A stretch of 63,854 bases of DNA, filler included, from Thelocarpon superellum (Eukaryota), in the NCBI GenBank assembly GCA_026025795.1. It is 10 parts of 10 records of this genome, joined end to end, with 100 filler letters (N's around TTAATTAATTAA, not from the genome) between each part and the next. Parts side by side here need not be neighbours in the genome. Positions count along the whole stretch, not along the records: positions 33,672 to 40,294 come from JAPEUG010000671.1; positions 40,395 to 47,005 come from JAPEUG010000672.1; positions 47,106 to 53,664 come from JAPEUG010000673.1; 7 more parts are not named here. The stretch is one strand, 5' to 3'. A program made the position numbers and the translations under genes. Below are positions 37,162-47,653 of this stretch, one piece after another. Position 1 is the first letter of the stretch. The number at the start of each line of letters is the position of its first letter. The notes under the pieces were generated by a model, which was given only the letters and a program-made list of their open reading frames with translations, had not been told where the DNA came from and did not search any database.

Positions 37162-39990
37162 ATGGCCGAGGTTATGGCGTCGTCAACAATGTTTTTGACG
37201 CAAGCGTTTCAGCGCGAGAGCAGACCCCATTCGCCGCCGTCGATCATGACAGCCTCGACGCGGGGCCCGAGCCTTCCCGAACCCAATCCTCCCTTTGTCT
37301 TTCCCGCACGACCCGCTGCGTCGACATCTACGTCTGATTCCGTGTCGCCCTCTGCTCTTGGAGACGCTATGTTTCCACTGCAGCTTCCGACCTTGAGAGA
37401 CTCGGGTCGAACACAGGGTCGAACCCGGAAAGTGCCTGAGCCGTTACCAGTCTTTGACTTCACGAACCAGACATCGCCCCCATACTTCGCTCGCAGCCAG
37501 CCGGCGTCGCCCACACGAACCATGCCAACGTGGAAAACCGGGGGCCACCGTCGGACTGAAAGCGAGCTCATCGGCGGTGACGGAACGGTGAGAGGACCTG
37601 GCATGAGCGCCAGTCCCACGACCGGCCACGAAGCAAAGCCTGCTTCGTTACACCCACCTGTCTCCTTTGGACCACCCGCAGGTCGCCGCGGCCACGCTCA
37701 TCGTCGATCAGGGGCTATCTCATGCCATGACCTCTCTCTCATCAAGGAAGGGAAGGCGAGCAACGAGGCGGCCCGCGCGGGAAGCGCCCCAACCAGCCCC
37801 GCCGATACCGACATGGCGCGCCACGAATTGTTCATGGCAAGCCTCAACTCCCAAGACCGTTCGGCGACCGAAGAGAACAAGACCACGATGAGAAGTGAGG
37901 TCACTACCCCACGGGCTCGCGTCGGCTTCTCCGACACCCTGGAGTTCATCCCACGTCCTCTCTCAACCCTCTCCTCCGAGACCTCCAGCACTCTCGCCAC
38001 CGTGCGTGGGAATCACTCGCTCTCCAATAGCATTTCCTCCATCGCCAGCGCATCCGCTTCATCGCCCCAAGCAGCCGAGGTGTCCTTTGTCCCGAGCCCG
38101 GTTGATCAGCGCCTGCCACGGCCGAACACAGCTGGCGCTATCATGTCGGGCCTTGGCGCGACCACCACTTTCTTTGCGCACTCCACGACGCCGGCATTGA
38201 AAAGGTCCAAATCCGCGGCCAGCTCGTCTGAGCATTCGCGTGAACCATCGACGTCCACCAACGGCTCGCCGAAGAAGCGCGGCTGCCACCGGATCCAGCC
38301 CTCCCGTAGCGCCCCGATCTTACCACGTGTGGACTTGGGCCGTTTGCTGGACGACAGTCGAGCCACGACGCAGCCTACCCCAACGGATACCACGATCGCG
38401 GGCCCGAGTAGCGTGGCTCGCGCCCCTACTTCCGTCAGCAATTCGACGAGCGGTCCAGATGCGAAGTCGGAACGGCACGGTGGAAAGCGACCCCGACGCG
38501 TGAAACTCTGGGCCGGATCGATTCTTTCTCGCAAGGCCCGGCATCGGCAGCACAAGCAAAAGTCCAATGCGCGGCGAGTGGCGACCCCTCCGCCTCCGCC
38601 GGCCGCGCAGCCGATGGCCGAGACGTCGGTACTCGACTTGGACTTTGACGATGACCGCATCTGTACGGTCGTCTCGCCCACGTTGAATGAGTATCCTCAA
38701 CCTCCATGGGACTCCAATCTCCTTAATTCTACGAATGACGCCCCGTCGCCACCGTCACTAGTCAACGCTTCGAGCCCCATGATCGACCTGGACGCCGCGC
38801 TTGGACCTTTCAATACCCCCAGTCTTGGACCGGAATTCGGTCAGGCGTCAAAGGGAGGCTTCAATGCGGCCAAGCGGCGGATGCACAGCAGTGGGGTCAC
38901 GGGGTACTTCTCGGGACCGGGGATGCACTATCATCGTCGGGCAGAGAGTGCTCCGGAAATGGTGGCATTCGAGTTTGGGCGACATAGCCTACATCGCTTG
39001 GGCAGCAGCTCGACCATGGCGGATGTGTTTGAGGAGGACGAGGAAGACGAATCGTCCACTGGGCCCTCTGACGCCGACGAGACGGTAGATGATGAGGTGA
39101 GCAAGAGCATGGGCGTCTCGGTGGTGGATTCGGATGAGCCGACGAACGGCCTGGGCATGGTCTGGTCCACCGAGGGACCGAAGAACGCACCTTGGAACAT
39201 GCCGGCTGGCAGCGGTCATCTGGGCGAGAGTGGACGACGAGCATCCTGCCCGGGTACGGGCCCCGAGCTGATGCCCTCTCTCAGCGAAACGGCGTCATTG
39301 GCACGAAGCAACAGCATCGTGGAGATTGCGGACGACGACTTGCCTCCGTGGGCGCCGTCCTTCACAAAGTCCTCGGACTCGACCATCACACCCCCCCTCA
39401 GCCGCCCGCCGGTGCGCATTGGGGCGACGCCGACGCCGATGGATTTTGTCGCGCCCAGCTCAATCCCTCCCTACCTCGGGCCGGACACGCCATCGATGAC
39501 CAACTCCTCATTCCCCTCGCCGGATTTCGCGCGCACCTCGTTTGACGTGCCACGGGCGCTCACGGCGGCGTCGTCGTTCACGGATGACCACGTACCCAGC
39601 TCGCTCATGATGGGCGAGCCGGGACCGGAGCTTCGCATCTCGGTGGACGACGTGCCGTCGCTGATCAGCAGCAGCTCGACCATGACGAGCGCCGTCAACT
39701 ACGTAGGACCCTACTCGGTCTATGGCGATGAGCGGTCGCGCGGCAATCGGGCCTCTATGAGCTCGTCGGCGCTGTCAGGGCCGCCTGGGGCGCGGCGATT
39801 GGTGGGACCTAAGCGCTCGAGCTTGGTCAGCCTTTCCCGGCTGGTGGGTGGCTCGCACACGGAGAAGAGTAAGCTCTCGATCGAGGAGAAGGCTCAGCCC
39901 GAGACAAGCGAGAAGGCGCCGAAAGAGAAACGAGGCCGACGGATCAGTCGGCTGATTCACTTCTGGAAGGCCAAAGAGGTGTCGACGTAA
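37162..39990 (+). CDS. Conserved Pezizomycotina Ser/Pro-rich, largely disordered protein of unknown function
   Basis: 942-codon single ORF with conserved-looking islands RRGHAHRRSGAIS, RVGFSDTLEFIPRPLST, PMIDLDAALGPFNTP, HRRAESAPEM and KRSSLVSLSRLV. No signal peptide. Confidence 0.85.
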   Translation: MAEVMASSTMFLTQAFQRESRPHSPPSIMTASTRGPSLPEPNPPFVFPARPAASTSTSDSVSPSALGDAMFPLQLPTLRDSGRTQGRTRKVPEPLPVFDFTNQTSPPYFARSQPASPTRTMPTWKTGGHRRTESELIGGDGTVRGPGMSASPTTGHEAKPASLHPPVSFGPPAGRRGHAHRRSGAISCHDLSLIKEGKASNEAARAGSAPTSPADTDMARHELFMASLNSQDRSATEENKTTMRSEVTTPRARVGFSDTLEFIPRPLSTLSSETSSTLATVRGNHSLSNSISSIASASASSPQAAEVSFVPSPVDQRLPRPNTAGAIMSGLGATTTFFAHSTTPALKRSKSAASSSEHSREPSTSTNGSPKKRGCHRIQPSRSAPILPRVDLGRLLDDSRATTQPTPTDTTIAGPSSVARAPTSVSNSTSGPDAKSERHGGKRPRRVKLWAGSILSRKARHRQHKQKSNARRVATPPPPPAAQPMAETSVLDLDFDDDRICTVVSPTLNEYPQPPWDSNLLNSTNDAPSPPSLVNASSPMIDLDAALGPFNTPSLGPEFGQASKGGFNAAKRRMHSSGVTGYFSGPGMHYHRRAESAPEMVAFEFGRHSLHRLGSSSTMADVFEEDEEDESSTGPSDADETVDDEVSKSMGVSVVDSDEPTNGLGMVWSTEGPKNAPWNMPAGSGHLGESGRRASCPGTGPELMPSLSETASLARSNSIVEIADDDLPPWAPSFTKSSDSTITPPLSRPPVRIGATPTPMDFVAPSSIPPYLGPDTPSMTNSSFPSPDFARTSFDVPRALTAASSFTDDHVPSSLMMGEPGPELRISVDDVPSLISSSSTMTSAVNYVGPYSVYGDERSRGNRASMSSSALSGPPGARRLVGPKRSSLVSLSRLVGGSHTEKSKLSIEEKAQPETSEKAPKEKRGRRISRLIHFWKAKEVST

Positions 39991-40394
39991 GCGCGTCGAC
40001 CTGGGTTCTGGCGGATGTGTCATGTGTTCCTGGATCGACGGACGGCGGACAGACGGACGAAGGAATGGATGGATGGGTGGGCTTCGGCGTGCGCTGTTAT
40101 TTCTTCTCTGTAGCTTCTCTTTGCATCACACGATGACGTCCTCGGCGGAGGCCATGATCTCCTTGGCAGTCACGGGGTTCATAATCTATTTATCTCGGAC
40201 CGGGCGTCAGCGGCTGGTCAGCGATGAGCGACTTTCCGGACGAATCTGGTCTACTACGAGCTTTAGGTCTACTACGAGCTTCAGCTCTCCTCTCNNNNNN
40301 NNNNNNNNNNNNNNNNNNNNNNNNNNNNNNNNNNNNNNTTAATTAATTAANNNNNNNNNNNNNNNNNNNNNNNNNNNNNNNNNNNNNNNNNNNN

Positions 40395-41073
40395 CCAACG
40401 AGGACAAGTACGCGCAGGTGGCGAACCCGGACGAGGTGGCGGACATCTTGGGCATCACCAGTGTGATGGTGCAAGACATGTCGGGCAAACGGTGAGACAT
40501 AGCTCCCAACATCCTGCATCTCGTCCCCCCCTCCCCCCCTCCCCCCCTCCCCCACTTCTCCCACCCCCCCACTAACACCCCCACCCCTCTCAACAGAATC
40601 AACAACTACGAATTCAGCATCGAGCGCATGACCTCTTTCGAAGGAGACACGGGGCCGTATCTACAATACGCGCACGCACGGCTCTGCTCCATCACACGCC
40701 GGGCGGCCATACCCCCAGAAGAGCTGCTCAGCGCCAACCTGGAGCTGCTGACGGACTCGCCGCACGCGGCGCTGCTGCTGCGCACGCTGGCGCAATGGCC
40801 CGACGTGTTCGCCAACACGCTCAAGACGCTCGAGCCCATCACGGTGCTGATGTACCTGTTCAAGATGACGCACATGCTCAGCTCCTCCTACGACCACCTC
40901 CAGATCGTCGGCAGCGAGAAAGAGATTGCTCGGGCCCGGATGGCCTTGTACCAGGCCGCCCGCACCGTCCTCGGTCTTGGTATGCGCTTGTTGGGTCTTT
41001 CGCCCGTAGAGAGGTCTGTGTCTTTTCCCCTTGACTTTCTTCCTCGCTGATGAGTCATCGCCACAGAATGTGA
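40395..41073 (+). CDS. Arginyl-tRNA synthetase, 3' fragment (DALR anticodon-binding domain)
   Basis: VQDMSGKR|INNY across intron 40492-40596; FEGDTGPYLQYAHARLCS; ends LGLSPVER|M* with a 7-nt last coding exon (41067-41073). 5' part cut by the spacer. Confidence 0.96.
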
Positions 41074-41268
41074 GACTGTCATTAGTCCAGAAATAGATGA
41101 AGGAATTGAACAAGGTAGGAACTATTAAATTGATCGAGACGAGACGTCATGTGATTCCCGTAGCATTGGCTACGCTATGCTCTGCTGTTCCTATCTACCG
41201 CTGCACTCGTACTCATACATTACGTCGCGTTGCATTCGTTCGACGGTTCGTGTCAGAGATCCTGCCAC

Positions 41269-42573
41269 CTAGTCGCTATCGCTCAAGCTGTCTCTCCTCG
41301 GCAAGCCCTCTCCACGACGATATCCCGCCTTGCCGCGCCGTTCGCCACGCGAGAAGCTGTCGTCCGTCCGGGCCTTTCCCGCGCCCGTGCCGCGTCCCGG
41401 CGTGTCCCAGGCGCCAGGCATCGACCCGGACCCGGCGTACGCGCCGCCAAGACCCGGGATGTGGTGCGAATACGCCTTCGTCCCCGTCTCGTCGGCGTCG
41501 CTGCCGTAGCCGTAGCCGTAGCTCGTTCCCGTGCCGCTCTCGCTGTACACGTCGTCGCGGTAGTGATTCGAGGCGCGCTTGGCGTGGCCGTGCGCGTGCG
41601 CGTGCGCGTGGGGAGCGTTGCCGCTGTGGCGGTACGAGTGGCGCGGCGGCGGCGCCGCGTCCGGCAGCGTGCTGAGATCGTCCTCGTCGCCGTTGGTGAA
41701 GCTGTACGTGGTGCTTGGCTGGCGCGGCACCTGGCGCATGCTGGGCTTCGCGTTGGACCCCAAGCTCGGCTTGTTGTTCTTGGCCGCCTTGGCTAGCTTC
41801 GCCGCCGGCGTGGCCGTCTTGTCCCGCGAGAAGAAGCTCTTCCGCGGCGCCTTCGCCTTCGCGGGCGGCGTGGCCGCGCTGTCCGACATATCCGACGTGG
41901 CCGCGTGCTCGTAGTAGCTCCCATCCGGCTTGCGGTTCAAGCCGCCCACCCGTGCCGGCTTCTCGTGGCGGTACTCCCGCACGGTGGTATCCCGCTTCGC
42001 GGCCGCGGCTCCCGCGCCGCCGATGCCCGCCGCGCCGCGCTTCAGGGGCACGTCGTCGCGGTCGTACTCGCCCGCGATGCTCCCCTGGCCGAGATTGGTG
42101 GACCGCGTGGCGTTGGAGAGCGTCTTGCCGTTGCGGTCTTTGCGGCGCAGCACGGTGGACTTGTAGTCGTCCCAGTCGCCCTTGCGGAACACGAACCCGC
42201 CGTTCTTCGCCCAGAAGAAAAACCAGATCCCCGTCAAGACGAGCCCGGCGCCCAGAAGGCCAAAGAGCGCGAAGATGCCGTTGTTGTTCACGTTGTATGG
42301 GTTGATGCTCCCCGACGACGGGTTGTGTGGCGTTGCGGCCCGTGGGGCGAGCTCGCGCGGGAGGAGGGTGAGGTGAGAGAGGGTCGAGGGGGCTGCGGTA
42401 CGTTTGCTCAGGATCCCGTCCGTGTCCGCTGACACGCGCCCCACCACGCCATCGCGAGTCGCGAGACCGAGGTCGGCCAAGTATCGTTCGAATTGCCCCT
42501 TGTCGCTGGTGCTGGCCGCTGCGGCTACGTCGGGATGGAAGAGGGACGAGATCTCCGCGACGATCGGAGCCAT
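41269..42573 (-). CDS. Conserved fungal single-pass membrane protein of unknown function
   Basis: ATG 42573. One TM helix GIFALFGLLGAGLVLTGIWFFFW, followed by KNGGFVFRKGDWDDYKSTVLRRK, YRHEKPARVGGLN and GTKAYSHHIPGL. Strong GC3 bias. Confidence 0.85.
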   Translation of the reverse strand: MAPIVAEISSLFHPDVAAAASTSDKGQFERYLADLGLATRDGVVGRVSADTDGILSKRTAAPSTLSHLTLLPRELAPRAATPHNPSSGSINPYNVNNNGIFALFGLLGAGLVLTGIWFFFWAKNGGFVFRKGDWDDYKSTVLRRKDRNGKTLSNATRSTNLGQGSIAGEYDRDDVPLKRGAAGIGGAGAAAAKRDTTVREYRHEKPARVGGLNRKPDGSYYEHAATSDMSDSAATPPAKAKAPRKSFFSRDKTATPAAKLAKAAKNNKPSLGSNAKPSMRQVPRQPSTTYSFTNGDEDDLSTLPDAAPPPRHSYRHSGNAPHAHAHAHGHAKRASNHYRDDVYSESGTGTSYGYGYGSDADETGTKAYSHHIPGLGGAYAGSGSMPGAWDTPGRGTGAGKARTDDSFSRGERRGKAGYRRGEGLPRRDSLSDSD

Positions 42574-42999
42574 GTCAGAAAGATGGGGTGGAGCGGTGGG
42601 TTGGATGCTTGGGCGATTGGGCGACGTTGGGAGACGTCGTGGACGACTGAATTGAGCGTGAGCAGATGGATGCGGGATCACTCATCCGTCATCCTACGTG
42701 CCGGTCTCCGGTCGTTTCACGTCATGGCCGACCGCGGACGGTGTGGAAAATGGAGGATGGTAGAGATTGGAGACGATTGGGGGTTGACGAGATTGGAAGA
42801 GACGATGGTCGTTGACAGCAGATCAAGTTCGACACCACTTGACCTTGTCCGAGTCACGGCGTGGTGGTGTTGGGGGCTGGGATGGGATGGCAAGGTGGCG
42901 TAATGTTTGGGGGCCCCGGCGGTGCAGGATTGGCCCGGCAACCAGCCTGCCCGCCTGCCAACCCAGCCACACGGTGGCGCTAGTCGCTCGTACCAGCAC

Positions 43000-43084
43000 T
43001 CATCCTCGGACGAGTAACCTTCTCGACCTTACTCGCTCCGTGTCATCCTCGGACGAGTAACCTCTCGACCTTACTCGCTCCGTG
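43000..43084. repeat. Tandem duplication of a 42-43 bp hairpin-forming unit
   Basis: Units 43000-43042 and 43043-43084 differ by one T. Each contains CGGA-CGAGTAA...TTACTCG-C-TCCG inverted repeats. Confidence 0.9.
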
Positions 43085-43708
43085 CCCTCGTTCTCACCGG
43101 GCCGGTAATGCTCAAGCTAGCGAGTGGCGACCGACGCGACTCGCCTCTTCATACTCGCACCAGCCGTGCAGCCTGGTAGCGATAGGCGTCGATCGCTCGC
43201 TTGGTTGCAGCCTGGCGGTTGTAATCGATAAGCCAACGCAATGGGGATGAGCAAAGAGTGGAAGGCATGTTGAAATTTGGCGTCATCCCCGTACTCCGCA
43301 CTCTTTGGTGCGACCGAGGCGTGCAACGCGGTTCTACGACCACCCACATCAACAACCGTCGCACATGGGATTCATCATTGACATTATCACCTTCATCCTC
43401 AATGGGTAGCCATTCGTTCATCTTCACCGTCGTCGTCTCCTCGAACGTGCATGCCCTAGAATCATCCCAAATCACGCCTGAACTCGCTTGCTGCCCAGAT
43501 CCTGCGTCCATATATATCCATCCAGACACGTGTCTTTCGAAAACTAATACAGATGAAGGAACGCGCCGAGAGCGAAGAGAGGCGACAGAAGCGAAGAAAG
43601 GTCAGGGTGACAGCGAGGCGGTCAGGACGAAGGCGGAGCTTTTGTGGGACTTTTGCACTGTCGACGTAAAGCCGGCAGGATGCGCTACAACGCAGGCACG
43701 GGCGTGGC

Positions 43709-45625
43709 TCAAAAGAATGGTTGGCGGTCGGTGGGGACGCGGCTGGATCGGCGACTGTACGTCGACGATCTCGTGTCTCGTGATCGTCGGCCCTCGTCGG
43801 GGTCGCGCACCGATCCACCGCCGCTGCGCGCATATTCGACGTGCGCACCTGTGGCGCGATCGATGTATCCCTTGCGTGATCCGATGGACAGCTCGTGACC
43901 CGACTGACCTGGTTTCAGCGAGATCGTGCGTCCGTCGACGCCACCCAGGTCGAGCTTGAGACCGGCCGAGTTGCTGAAGCGTAGGGTGAATCCCTCGTCC
44001 GAGTCGGGGAGGTTCAGCGCCATGCCCGATCCCGACCGGGTCGATCCCTCGTGATCACGACTGCTACTGGTGCGACTGTGAGAGCCCGAGGAACTGGTGG
44101 CGCGCCGACTCCGCCGTCGTCGTGGGGGCGCATCCAGGCTCATCGTGTTGACGGGGGCGGCGCGCGTCGCTTCTTGGTACGCTTCCGCCGAGCGCTCGAG
44201 CTCTTTGATCTTGTCCGGTCCATAGTGGCTGGAGCGTTTCTCCTTCTGCTGCTCGACCTTTTCCGGTCCATAGTAAGTGGCCCGGCGCTCGCTCTTGATC
44301 TCCGGCCGCTCGGGCTTCTCCGCCCGTTCGCCGCCATAGTAGCTTGCGCGACGATCGCGCTTGCGCTCGATCTCGACCTGGCGCGGCCCATCCAAGTACG
44401 TCCTGCGCGCGCCTTCGCCGTCGCCGTCGCCCCGACCCGACGACATGCTCGGTCGCGTCGAGTGCGCGCGCCGTCGTTCCGCCCCGCTCGAGGTGCTGGT
44501 CCGACCGGTCCGACCGGTCCGATCGGGGATGACGTACGTGGTCTCGTGGGGCGGTGAGGTCGGAGCCGACCGTGGCGTCTCTCGAGCGCCGCTGCTCGCG
44601 TCCGACGGTTGTCGGACGCTCGTCCGCCGTGTGGGTCGTGACAGGGGCGGCGGCGGGGGGGGCATCCGGAACGAGTCCTCTTCCTCCCGCGATGCATACC
44701 GTCGAATCTCCGGCCGATCGCGTGAGCTCGTCGGTCGCGAGCGCGAGGGAGATGCCCGCGACGGGGATGCCGGCGCCGGCGGCGGGTGAGCGTAGTCGAT
44801 GACGGGCACACCGTAGGTCGAGGTTGGCCGGGTCGTGAAGCGCTCCGTCGCTCGTCGAGGCATCGGCGCCGGCCGGGCCTCCTCGTAGGCGTACGTGTGC
44901 GCGGGCTCGACGCGAGCCGCCGACATGCGCGAGGCGTAGCTGGGTCGTGAGGGATAGGCAGGCACGGCCGGATAGGCGTAGCTCATGTCCACCGGTGCGC
45001 TCGTGTAAGGGTCGGCAAAGTACCCCTCCTCGGCATACACGGCGCCGTCATGAAAGCTCGTGGGTCGGGCGGATCGATAGATAGGTTGTCGCTGGCGCGG
45101 CATCTGCGTCATGGGCACGCCTTGGGCATACCGTCGTGGCACGCTCGACAGCGGCAAGGCCACGTCCGCGTAGTGGCCGCGAGGGTCCAGCGCCGGCAGT
45201 TCGAGGTCCCACGGCGTCTCCAGCGCACCCACGGCAATGCCTCGTGCGCGGGTGAGGCACGTTTTACATTCACAAATAGCCTCGGCCGAAGACCGTCCAA
45301 GCGCGCGACCGCGAGGGTCCGCGACGGGTACCGCGCGCGGGTCCGCGTTCCGGGAAGACGACATGGTGGAGTGTCGGCGGGATGAGAACTCGGCGGCGCG
45401 TCGGGTCACGGACGGTGACCAGCTCGATGGTTTGGATCCCGCATACTCGCCGGATGCGACCGTGCCGGCAGGGTGGGAGGAGTATCCCGAGTCCGACGAC
45501 GGACCCCCGCCCTCGACCTCGGTGTGGGGTCGCGACGTGGGCCGGGTCTCGTCATGTGGGTGGGGATGGATGTCGTTGGAATCCGAGTCGCAGTCTTCCA
45601 CCGTTGCCTGCCTGGTTCCTGACAT
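43709..45625 (-). CDS. Arg/Ser/Pro-rich low-complexity hypothetical protein
   Basis: Long single ORF with first ATG at 45625 (MSGTRQATVEDCDSDS). Features: SSDSGYSSH, CECKTC, three RRASYYG-like repeats and a compact C-terminal segment FTLRF..LDLGGVDGRTISL. Confidence 0.78.
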   Translation of the reverse strand: MSGTRQATVEDCDSDSNDIHPHPHDETRPTSRPHTEVEGGGPSSDSGYSSHPAGTVASGEYAGSKPSSWSPSVTRRAAEFSSRRHSTMSSSRNADPRAVPVADPRGRALGRSSAEAICECKTCLTRARGIAVGALETPWDLELPALDPRGHYADVALPLSSVPRRYAQGVPMTQMPRQRQPIYRSARPTSFHDGAVYAEEGYFADPYTSAPVDMSYAYPAVPAYPSRPSYASRMSAARVEPAHTYAYEEARPAPMPRRATERFTTRPTSTYGVPVIDYAHPPPAPASPSRASPSRSRPTSSRDRPEIRRYASREEEDSFRMPPPPPPLSRPTRRTSVRQPSDASSGARETPRSAPTSPPHETTYVIPDRTGRTGRTSTSSGAERRRAHSTRPSMSSGRGDGDGEGARRTYLDGPRQVEIERKRDRRASYYGGERAEKPERPEIKSERRATYYGPEKVEQQKEKRSSHYGPDKIKELERSAEAYQEATRAAPVNTMSLDAPPRRRRSRRATSSSGSHSRTSSSRDHEGSTRSGSGMALNLPDSDEGFTLRFSNSAGLKLDLGGVDGRTISLKPGQSGHELSIGSRKGYIDRATGAHVEYARSGGGSVRDPDEGRRSRDTRSSTYSRRSSRVPTDRQPFF

Positions 45626-47105
45626 CTCGGCGACGAGGGAGACGAGAGAGTTGCGCGGCGGCGTCGCCGCGTGGGGCGGCGGGGGAGGCTTTTGAAGTGG
45701 GGGGAGAGACTGTCGCGAACAGCCACGCGGATCTTCTTGCGATCGGCGATAGCCCGGTGAAACCTCCCCTCGTCTAAGTCGGCGCTTCCTACTGATTCGG
45801 TGACCGATGTCAATCGGCGCGCTCAAGCCTCATCGACTCAAGGCGATGGTGGTTGCCGATGCGGAAGGTGAACGGATTGATGAGGCTCCATCGAGGGCGC
45901 GCGACCGAGGGGTTTCACTCTTGCACGCTTGCGCGATCGAGTCACCGGATTGGCGAGGTGGTGATGAAGGCGTACGGAGGGAGATGGAGTGCGGTGGGAG
46001 TGACGGACCAGAGGATGACTCCCTCGGCCGGGAGTAGGCGAGCCGGGACTAATGTCGCAGTGCCTCTGAGGGCCTGGTCGCTGGTGAGAGAGGTGTTGGG
46101 TGGTGGTGGTGGTGGTGGTGGTGGTGGGGTGGTAGTGGGGACGGTGCTACTGCGTGCGATGATCGGGGATGGTGTGGCAAAGGGGGAGCGTCGAGGACCG
46201 CGAGCGACCGTACAGGATGCCGGCAAGGGTCTGACGAAAAGATTCAGGAATTGCACAGGAGTGAGTAATTCTTCCAGGTCCACGTAGGGTATGGGAAGAC
46301 GACCCTTAAGACAGACTACCTCGTGGCACCGTGATGCAGTGTGGTGCCAGAGGTACTCGATCAAGTGCCCCAATAAGTGGCCGCGTGCACTTACCTCGAC
46401 CGGGCCAATCGTGGCTGCCATCTGATGCAGCCAGCCTCGATCCTGTGACACGGCCTGCATGACCTCGACCAAACAATCTTCCATACCGTTCTACGACATG
46501 AGCCATGAGCCCATGGACCGTGAGCCATGACCGAGTCCTGCTGCTCTGCCGTCCACCGCCCATCGTCTACGGTCGCCTGCCCGCCTGCCCGCCTGCCCGC
46601 CTGCCCTTGACCGATCACCCTCCTGCGAGACGAGGGTCGGGGGCCACAGTCATCCGCGCGGCGCGACCTACGATCATGGGTGTTGCGAAGCGGACGACCT
46701 CGTGGAAGTGGTGTGGGGGGTGGGAGAGGGTGAGATGGGGGGAGCCAACGAAAGAGAGGCATGCAGTGTATGACATCTTAGACCATTCCGATGCGCACCA
46801 GCCAAATGCCCCAGTCAAATGCTTGGTGCCGTCGAGTCCTGGAGACCTGGCAGTCGCGGTGCCTTCAGTCGTCGTTCGTCGGGGCTCGGCGCCAGTGGGG
46901 GCACCGACCTAGCCGAGCGTGCAGCACGCGGCGCCCGTGGGTCAGTCGAGTCTGGAATCCTGGCTTGGCTCAGGCCATCTCGGGGAGTGACTGGGTCGCG
47001 GGGGGNNNNNNNNNNNNNNNNNNNNNNNNNNNNNNNNNNNNNNNNNNNNTTAATTAATTAANNNNNNNNNNNNNNNNNNNNNNNNNNNNNNNNNNNNNNN
47101 NNNNN

Positions 47106-47138
47106 GGGGAAGGGGAAGGGGAAGGGGAAGGGGAAGGG
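47106..47138. repeat. (GGGGAA)n microsatellite inside a STE50 intron at the contig break
   Basis: Five full GGGGAA units next to the spacer, downstream of the GTAAGA donor at 47149. Confidence 0.9.
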
Positions 47139-47149
47139 CGCCGTCTTAC

Positions 47150-47653
47150 ATAATGGCACGTAGTGCTCCGATTCCACCGCGATATCCTGATTGATCTTGA
47201 TATCGTAGACGCTCTTCAGCACCGTCAGGCGATGGCCCACGCTGGCCATGCCCATCTCTTTCAACTCCTCATGCTTCAGCGCCACCAACGCTTCGCCGAC
47301 GATCTCGTTCTCTGCAGCACGGCCTGGTTAGCCACGCCGACGAGACGGGGACCGAGGAGAAAAAGGAGGGATGAGGACACGGTCACCCACCAAGAAAGGC
47401 ATCTGAGTACTGGGACAGACCCAAGCTGGCGACGTAGTCGGCGCACTCCGCGGCGGTCCACTCGGTGATGGGGGTGCGTGGCATCTGGTCATCGCCATGA
47501 TAGCCATATGTCGTCGGCGTGTGTTCGGTCGAGGGAGGATCGGAGTCGAGGGGCGAGGTGTCGGAGTCGGCCGGGAGCTGGGGCGAGGTGACGCTGCGCT
47601 CAAACTCATCGTCCGCGTCCGAATCCTCGTGGTAGGTCTTGGAGAAGGCCATC
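47150..47653 (-). CDS. STE50: MAPKKK adaptor Ste50, 5' fragment (SAM domain)
   Basis: YHEDSDADDEFERS and PPSTEHTPT; SAM domain ITEWTAAECADYVASLGL..|ENEIVGEALVALKHEELKEMGMASVGHRLTVLKSVY. Intron 47312-47390; gene cut inside the next intron. Confidence 0.92.

Noticed and set aside
40520..40590. C-run tract in the ArgRS intron, and G-run repeats at 47106 and 53765, as functional G-quadruplexes
   Set aside because: Simple repeats at or near assembly breaks; nothing beyond composition supports a function.
33521..43084. 17-bp, ~18-bp (near 40248) and 43-bp direct repeats as CRISPR-like arrays
   Set aside because: Head-to-tail repeats without unique spacers, no cas genes, eukaryotic context.
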